From positions 1 to 56,868 of the IMG/VR virus record IMGVR_UViG_648276647_000006: DNA of 56,868 nt. One strand, written 5' to 3'. This stretch comes from a virus (taxonomy: Duplodnaviria > Heunggongvirae > Uroviricota > Caudoviricetes). The position numbers and the translations under genes were made by a program. Of this stretch, positions 51,807 through 56,868 are shown piece by piece. The notes under the pieces were generated by a model that was not told the origin of the DNA, searched no databases, and was given only the letters and a program-made list of their open reading frames with translations. The number at the start of each line of letters is the position of its first letter. Positions within the stretch are counted from its first letter, which is position 1.

Positions 51807-53722
51807 GCCGCTACCCCCGCTTTCTGGATTGCTACCAGCAGATCAGCCAGGTGGCGAGCAGCGCCATTAACCAGCTCTTCGTTTTCCTCAAAACGCCCGG
51901 CAGCCTGAAGGGCTGCAATCGCTTCCCGGACATTACCCCGGGCGTTACGGATCTCCGCCATGTCAGTGCTTTGCATATCCATCACGTTATTGAGATATTC
52001 AATGGCTTTATTAGCCTCTGCATCTGCTTCGCTAACCGTTTCATCAGGCTGTGCCGGGGCAGGTTCTGGCTGAGTAATCTCACCGACTTCGGCCTGCAAT
52101 GCATTGATCATGCTCTGCACCATTTTCTCGGTGCCAGCGCCCCCCGGAAACGCAATATTGGGGAAAGTTTTTTGAAACTGAGTTTTCAGCATTACGCGGA
52201 ACTCGTCTGGTGAGCTGGTGGCCAGCTCCAGAGCTTTTTGTGCATATTTGCCAAACGGACCATTAGTAAGTGTCTTCGCCAGGAAGTCGAAAGAATCCTC
52301 GCGAGGCAATAACTTCAGGTCGTACTCACTCATTTGCTGATCAGAAAGCGGGGTATCGTAAGTAGCAATGCCGTAGCGTGCATATTCATAATACGGGTCA
52401 CCTTCATCAGGGCGCGGCAGAATTGCTTTGTTACCTTCAGGTATTGCGCCAGGGGCCGCCGGACGCATTTGCAGGGCATATCGATATGCACCTATAGAGA
52501 CTTCTGGTTCAGGCGAAGAGCTACCGGTATCCTCCGCTGGTTCAGGTTCGACGTTTTCCGGTTTATGTTCTTCTGGTTGGACCAGGTATTCCGATACATT
52601 ACCCGCTTTATAGGCTTTAAACAGCTTGCCGATCGCATCTGCCATGTCCACACCCTGTATGGATTTAGCCTTGATCATGTACACGCTGCCATCCGAATCG
52701 GTTAACTGGATATACCCTTCACCGTCCTCAATGAATTGCTTCATTGATGCACCATTACTGAGCGTCACTTCCCCGTTCATATGCATACGATTTTTGATAC
52801 TTGCAAGGCGATCCGTCATCGCGCGAGAGTGTCCACCAGTCATCCCCGCAGGAGCAATGGTTTCGCGCCCACCAGTGCGATTGAGCTGATCAATCTCCGT
52901 CTGCAAACGCTCATTCTCTTCATAAAGAGAATCCGCTTCCGATGCAACAGCGTTAATTTTCTGCTCCAGATCTACCTTCTGCCCTTCTACCGCTGCCACC
53001 TGATCCGCGAGGTCGCTCATGGCATCCTCTTTCTGGTCACTGTCAGCCTGTAGTTGGGTTATTTCATCAACCAGGGCTTTTTTCTTCTTCTGCGCACGCT
53101 GGAATTTTGCCGAGTTTTTCTCTGCAAGGTTGGCAAGTTTCATGGTGACCTGCGCCAGCGTCATATCACGTCCACTCATCGGAGCAACGGTATGAGTAAC
53201 GTCTTTTTTATTCAGTAAGAACTGGAAAGCAATCAGCGTATCGCTATTGGTGATCCGGTTTTCCGCTGTCGGGCTATGAAACAGAATGCTGATAGTCTGA
53301 CCATCACTGAGCGGAATAATGGCTGGCAGGACCGGCAGCCCGTTAACGTTACGTGCCCGGCCAATTTCAGCCCCGCCGATCGCGCGTGCACCGTTCTGGG
53401 CCACATCCCCCGTTTTATCACTCCCCGCAGAGATTCCGGTACCATTCAGCTTCTGGTTTAATGCCCGGACAAATGCCTGCATGGTCCGGTGTAACTGCAA
53501 ACGAGTAGAACTAATCGCCTCCAGTAAATCCGTAGCACACCAGTGGATCGGCGTGTCATAGAAGAACGTAGCCTCGATTTCCTCCAGGGTGTTGGATTCC
53601 GTCATCAGATAGCGGTCCTCACCGGCCATTAATGCGCGATATTCATCATCAGTCACTGGCGGGGGAAGCACGTCAAGCCCAGGCTTGATCGTCACCCCTT
53701 TATTGATATTGAACTGTTCCAT
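51803..53722 (-). CDS. DarA-like internal head / antirestriction protein
   Basis: ORF track 639 aa; coiled-coil middle; assignment by size and synteny only. Confidence 0.6.
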   Translation of the reverse strand: MEQFNINKGVTIKPGLDVLPPPVTDDEYRALMAGEDRYLMTESNTLEEIEATFFYDTPIHWCATDLLEAISSTRLQLHRTMQAFVRALNQKLNGTGISAGSDKTGDVAQNGARAIGGAEIGRARNVNGLPVLPAIIPLSDGQTISILFHSPTAENRITNSDTLIAFQFLLNKKDVTHTVAPMSGRDMTLAQVTMKLANLAEKNSAKFQRAQKKKKALVDEITQLQADSDQKEDAMSDLADQVAAVEGQKVDLEQKINAVASEADSLYEENERLQTEIDQLNRTGGRETIAPAGMTGGHSRAMTDRLASIKNRMHMNGEVTLSNGASMKQFIEDGEGYIQLTDSDGSVYMIKAKSIQGVDMADAIGKLFKAYKAGNVSEYLVQPEEHKPENVEPEPAEDTGSSSPEPEVSIGAYRYALQMRPAAPGAIPEGNKAILPRPDEGDPYYEYARYGIATYDTPLSDQQMSEYDLKLLPREDSFDFLAKTLTNGPFGKYAQKALELATSSPDEFRVMLKTQFQKTFPNIAFPGGAGTEKMVQSMINALQAEVGEITQPEPAPAQPDETVSEADAEANKAIEYLNNVMDMQSTDMAEIRNARGNVREAIAALQAAGRFEENEELVNGAARHLADLLVAIQKAGVAA

Positions 53723-53723
53723 G

Positions 53724-54335
53724 TTAATTTCCTGCTTTCAGTTGCTTAAGACGGCGTTTGAGTTCGCCATTTCGGGCCTTTTCGTTATTGAGTCGGCCTG
53801 TCTCCTTATCCAGCTTCGCCCGCAAATCAGTGATCTGCTGTTGATTGAAAGACACCGAGTTCTGCGCTGATTTATAAGCGGCAACCACCTGAGCATTCCG
53901 CTGTTTTGCCTCTTGCAGGCGCTGAAAGTTGGATTTTACTGCCGGTTTCTTGTCTACCGGATTGGCAACACGTTTCGCTTTGGCGATCAGTGATTTCTGG
54001 AATTTTGCGGAGTTTTTGCGGGCCGCTTGCCCCATGACGGTACCAAGCGTCTTGATATCCGGCGACTGAGCGTTAGGAATAGCTTTTCCATTCAGCCTCA
54101 CAGACGATATATCGCCAGTATCGTTTACCTGTATGGCAAGAATTTGTCCGTCGTTAAGAACCAGCTTTGCGGTTTTAACTTTAACGCCATCTTTCGTTGT
54201 TGCGCGGTTGCTGGAGTCAACCTCAATTACCGTAACACCGGTTTTATTGATCGCCGCGATAAGGGATTTCAGCCCCTTTTCATTAACCTGGTCAAAATCG
54301 ACCGTTGCATACTTATTTTTCGTCATCTGACACAT
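53724..54335 (-). CDS. hypothetical K-rich protein
   Basis: ORF track 203 aa. Confidence 0.55.
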   Translation of the reverse strand: MCQMTKNKYATVDFDQVNEKGLKSLIAAINKTGVTVIEVDSSNRATTKDGVKVKTAKLVLNDGQILAIQVNDTGDISSVRLNGKAIPNAQSPDIKTLGTVMGQAARKNSAKFQKSLIAKAKRVANPVDKKPAVKSNFQRLQEAKQRNAQVVAAYKSAQNSVSFNQQQITDLRAKLDKETGRLNNEKARNGELKRRLKQLKAGN

Positions 54336-54756
54336 CCTGTGCGAGATTTATTACGTAACTTCTGCGGATTTGCTGAGTAACAGGGAAAATCCGATACAAC
54401 GGGTTAATGAACGAGTCGCCATGCGTAACCATGACGTTGAAATGCCACAGCCGTTCTCCTTTACCCATATATTCAGTGGGTATGTACAACCATTCACTGT
54501 TTTCGCCCTGTTCAGCCGACGTCAGACAACGTTGTTCGCCTTCAATCACAGTCGTCGGCTTCTGAACATCGCGGATCCAATATCTGACCGTTGCGCCGCG
54601 CAAAAACGGGAATTTAGACCGGTATTTGAACGGCACCCGGATGAAACCCGGTTTAATTTCCACATCACCAAGTTCTAAATGCGTGATGTCCTTGCGTTTT
54701 AGCAAATAGCGATCGGCTAAGGCTAACGCAAGAACGCATACACCCCAGCCAATCAT
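54313..54756 (-). CDS. hypothetical protein (LydB-like position)
   Basis: ORF track 147 aa; N-terminal hydrophobic segment. Confidence 0.5.
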   Translation of the reverse strand: MIGWGVCVLALALADRYLLKRKDITHLELGDVEIKPGFIRVPFKYRSKFPFLRGATVRYWIRDVQKPTTVIEGEQRCLTSAEQGENSEWLYIPTEYMGKGERLWHFNVMVTHGDSFINPLYRIFPVTQQIRRSYVINLAQDVSDDEK

Positions 54757-55082
54757 TTCCCACCTCCCTTTTTCACCAAACTTGTAAGAACATTCAGAAT
54801 GCTATCGATATTCACTCGTTTCATCCCTGAAATCACCTCATGACCGTTATTGCTGGCTATCGTTACCATTAAGTACGTAATTGATAACTCCCAGCCCTCA
54901 TGTTGCCCCAATAGGTACGCCACCGCGCCAGCTGTCACTGCAACAAAGATCTCCGTAACCAATCCCAACAAATTGCCAGACTGGCGACCGTCTCGGACAT
55001 CCATCAGGAACGTGCCTATCCCACCAATTACTGAAAGCAGGAGCGCAATAGCAACTGGAGCTAATTCCTGTGTGTCAAGCAC
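54753..55082 (-). CDS. holin-like membrane protein
   Basis: ORF track 109 aa; two to three predicted TM helices, charged C-terminus. Confidence 0.6.
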   Translation of the reverse strand: MLDTQELAPVAIALLLSVIGGIGTFLMDVRDGRQSGNLLGLVTEIFVAVTAGAVAYLLGQHEGWELSITYLMVTIASNNGHEVISGMKRVNIDSILNVLTSLVKKGGGK

Positions 55083-55156
55083 AAGTTCCCTCCTACGTTG
55101 TCAGGAGGTAATGGTATGCAAAGTAACTTCTCAACCGGTTATGTTGCATAAGAGAC

Positions 55157-55420
55157 TTACCTATTCAACCGACTTTTGGAACCTTCAATAATAAGCCTGC
55201 TATTGGCGCTAAAAATAAGAACCATGCAGCTCTGAAGGCTTTCATTCATGTCCTTATATTCCGCGAGATACATGCCAATAAAGCCAGCAAGTACGGCGGA
55301 AATACATTCGGCCAGCAATTTCTTGCATGAAGACTCGTAACGGTTTTCACATAGCCCACTCAAATACGAATACACCCCACCAAGAAGGGATAACATCACG
55401 ATATGTACATAAAATGTCAT
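55157..55420 (-). CDS. small membrane protein
   Basis: ORF track 87 aa; two hydrophobic segments. Confidence 0.5.
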   Translation of the reverse strand: MTFYVHIVMLSLLGGVYSYLSGLCENRYESSCKKLLAECISAVLAGFIGMYLAEYKDMNESLQSCMVLIFSANSRLIIEGSKSRLNR

Positions 55421-55855
55421 TTTTTACCTATACAACAGTAAGTTGAACAACATTTGAGAACGGTATGCACTTTGTGATTTCCACACACACTGGTTTTGTT
55501 AATTAAAACCAGTAGCTTGCAATAAATAACGATAGTGGGCAGAAAATATGCTAATAGGCTATGTACGCATATAGACAAATGAACAAAACACAGCTATGCA
55601 GTGAAAAGCACTTGAAAGCGCAGGATGTGAGCTAATTTTTGCGAATAAGGCGAGCAGCAAAAAGGCTGGGCACCCTGGGTTAAAAAAGGTTCTGCGTATG
55701 CTTTCCAGAGGTGATACCCTAGTCTCGGACTAGGGACAACATTTCGAGGACAGTTTTCATTAGCGGTCAGCAGGCGCTAGATACATCGAATTGATGTGCC
55801 GCGCGATAAATGTACCTATTCTATCAAGATAAATTACACCGACGCGGCATTAGAA

Positions 55856-56428
55856 TTACAGCTCAGATTGAGTTTGGCGCTTCTCTACAGGATGATAACG
55901 ATAAATCGTCGATACACCGATATCGTAAATAATTGCCAACTGTTTCCTGCTGTAGCCATTTTCGATCAACCTCGCTATTTGCTCATGTTGTTCTTTTGTC
56001 AACTTCGGGCGACGTCCGCCAATGCGTCCCTGTTCGCGTGCAGCTGCCAGTCCGGCCAGTGTTCTCTCAACAATTAATTCACGTTCCATTTCTGCTAAAG
56101 CCCCCATGACGTGAAAAAAGAAACGCCCCATGGGTGTTGATGTGTCAATACTGTCTGTCAGACTACGGAAATTAACACCTTTTTCCCGCAACTCCTCTAT
56201 AAGCGTGATAAGGTGTTTCATACTTCTGCCAAGCCTATCCAGCTTCCAGACAACCAGCGTATCTCCTTCTGATAACGTTCTGAGCAGCTTTTTCAAGCCT
56301 GGTCTGGCTGACTTTGTTCCGCTTATTTTATCTTCAAAAATCAGTTCACATCCTGCGCAGTTCAGTGCATTTCTTTGTAAATCTGTGTTTTGGTCATTTG
56401 TTGACACACGAATGTAGCCAATTTGCAT
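55856..56428 (-). CDS. cin: Cin serine invertase
   Basis: Start at internal ATG (AAGAGG RBS); GYIRVSTNDQ with catalytic Ser, LVVWKLDRLGRS, C-terminal HTH; Hin/Gin/Cin family. Confidence 0.9.
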   Translation of the reverse strand: MQIGYIRVSTNDQNTDLQRNALNCAGCELIFEDKISGTKSARPGLKKLLRTLSEGDTLVVWKLDRLGRSMKHLITLIEELREKGVNFRSLTDSIDTSTPMGRFFFHVMGALAEMERELIVERTLAGLAAAREQGRIGGRRPKLTKEQHEQIARLIENGYSRKQLAIIYDIGVSTIYRYHPVEKRQTQSEL

Positions 56429-56482
56429 GAAAAACAACCTCTTTGTTTAGTTAAAAATACATCGTTGGTATAGGTAGGGATT

Positions 56483-56508
56483 AAGACTAAAACGTTGGTT
56501 TGGGGGAA
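56483..56508. other. candidate cix crossover site
   Basis: AAGACTAAAACG-TT-GGTTTGGGGGAA fits the gix/hix-type layout AAAC(C/G)-2 bp-GGTTT; lies exactly where the tail-fibre reading frame opens. Confidence 0.4.
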
Positions 56509-56868
56509 GGCTCGGCGCTGCCCGTTGGTGTACCTGTTCCGTGGCCCTCAGCCACACCGCCAACGGGGTGGCTGAAATGTAACGGAGCAGCATTTTCTTC
56601 TGAAAAGTACCCAAATCTGGCAAAGGTTTACCCAACGTTAAAATTACCTGATTTACGCGGTGAGTTTATCCGTGGTTGGGATGATTCGAGAGGGATTGAT
56701 ACAGGGCGTTCATTGCTAAGTGGTCAGACTGCAACATTTATTCGTACAGCTTTGCAGGATTATTACGGTTACGATCTGAATACTAATGTCAAAGTAGGTA
56801 TCGCTTATGCTACTGCTGATTCTGTTATAACTGTTGGAAACCCTGCTAATCCTAAAGCAGGAAATAAT
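56491..56868 (+). CDS. tail-fibre variable C-terminal segment inside the invertible segment (partial, runs off the 3' edge)
   Basis: Own translation ...GVPVPWPSATPPTGWLKCNGAAFS...LPDLRGEFIRGWDDSRGIDTGR..., a motif conserved in tail fibres of P1/Mu/P2-type phages; in-frame stop immediately upstream at 56488-56490. Confidence 0.7.

Overview
This window reads as about 57 kb of a P1-like phage-plasmid (Enterobacteriaceae), identified from sequence landmarks and my recollection of the phage P1 map; no search or alignment was run. Landmarks seen directly: a perfect 34-bp loxP (28072-28105) followed by a Cre recombinase gene; a C1 repressor gene with at least nine copies of the asymmetric C1 operator motif ATTGCTCTAAT scattered through the window; a pac site inside pacA with seven TGATCA/TGATCG hexamers; phd-doc; a UmuD-like humD behind a LexA box; a DnaB-like helicase (ban) preceded by a tRNA with a CAU anticodon; SSB; a SAR-type lysozyme; a 2255-aa methyltransferase-helicase giant (DarB-like); and a Cin invertase beside a cix-like site and a tail-fibre variable segment. 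Against this conserved backbone three things stand out. (1) A solitary, markedly AT-rich gene for a 434-aa SIR2-like protein (32016-33320) sits between the ref/mat genes and the lxc/ulx/darB block, the slot where I recall P1 carrying its type III res-mod genes; this is my best candidate for an undescribed short SIR2 defence gene. (2) An IS200/IS605-family TnpB-only element lies between the portal-position and protease-position genes. (3) A truncated PLD-like (HKD) gene lies in a very AT-rich stretch at the 5' edge. A DUF2829 (Tad2-like fold) protein sits downstream of ssb. Most remaining ORFs are phage genes of unknown function, called from motifs only. Gene names other than those with clear motifs rest on synteny with P1 as I remember it.
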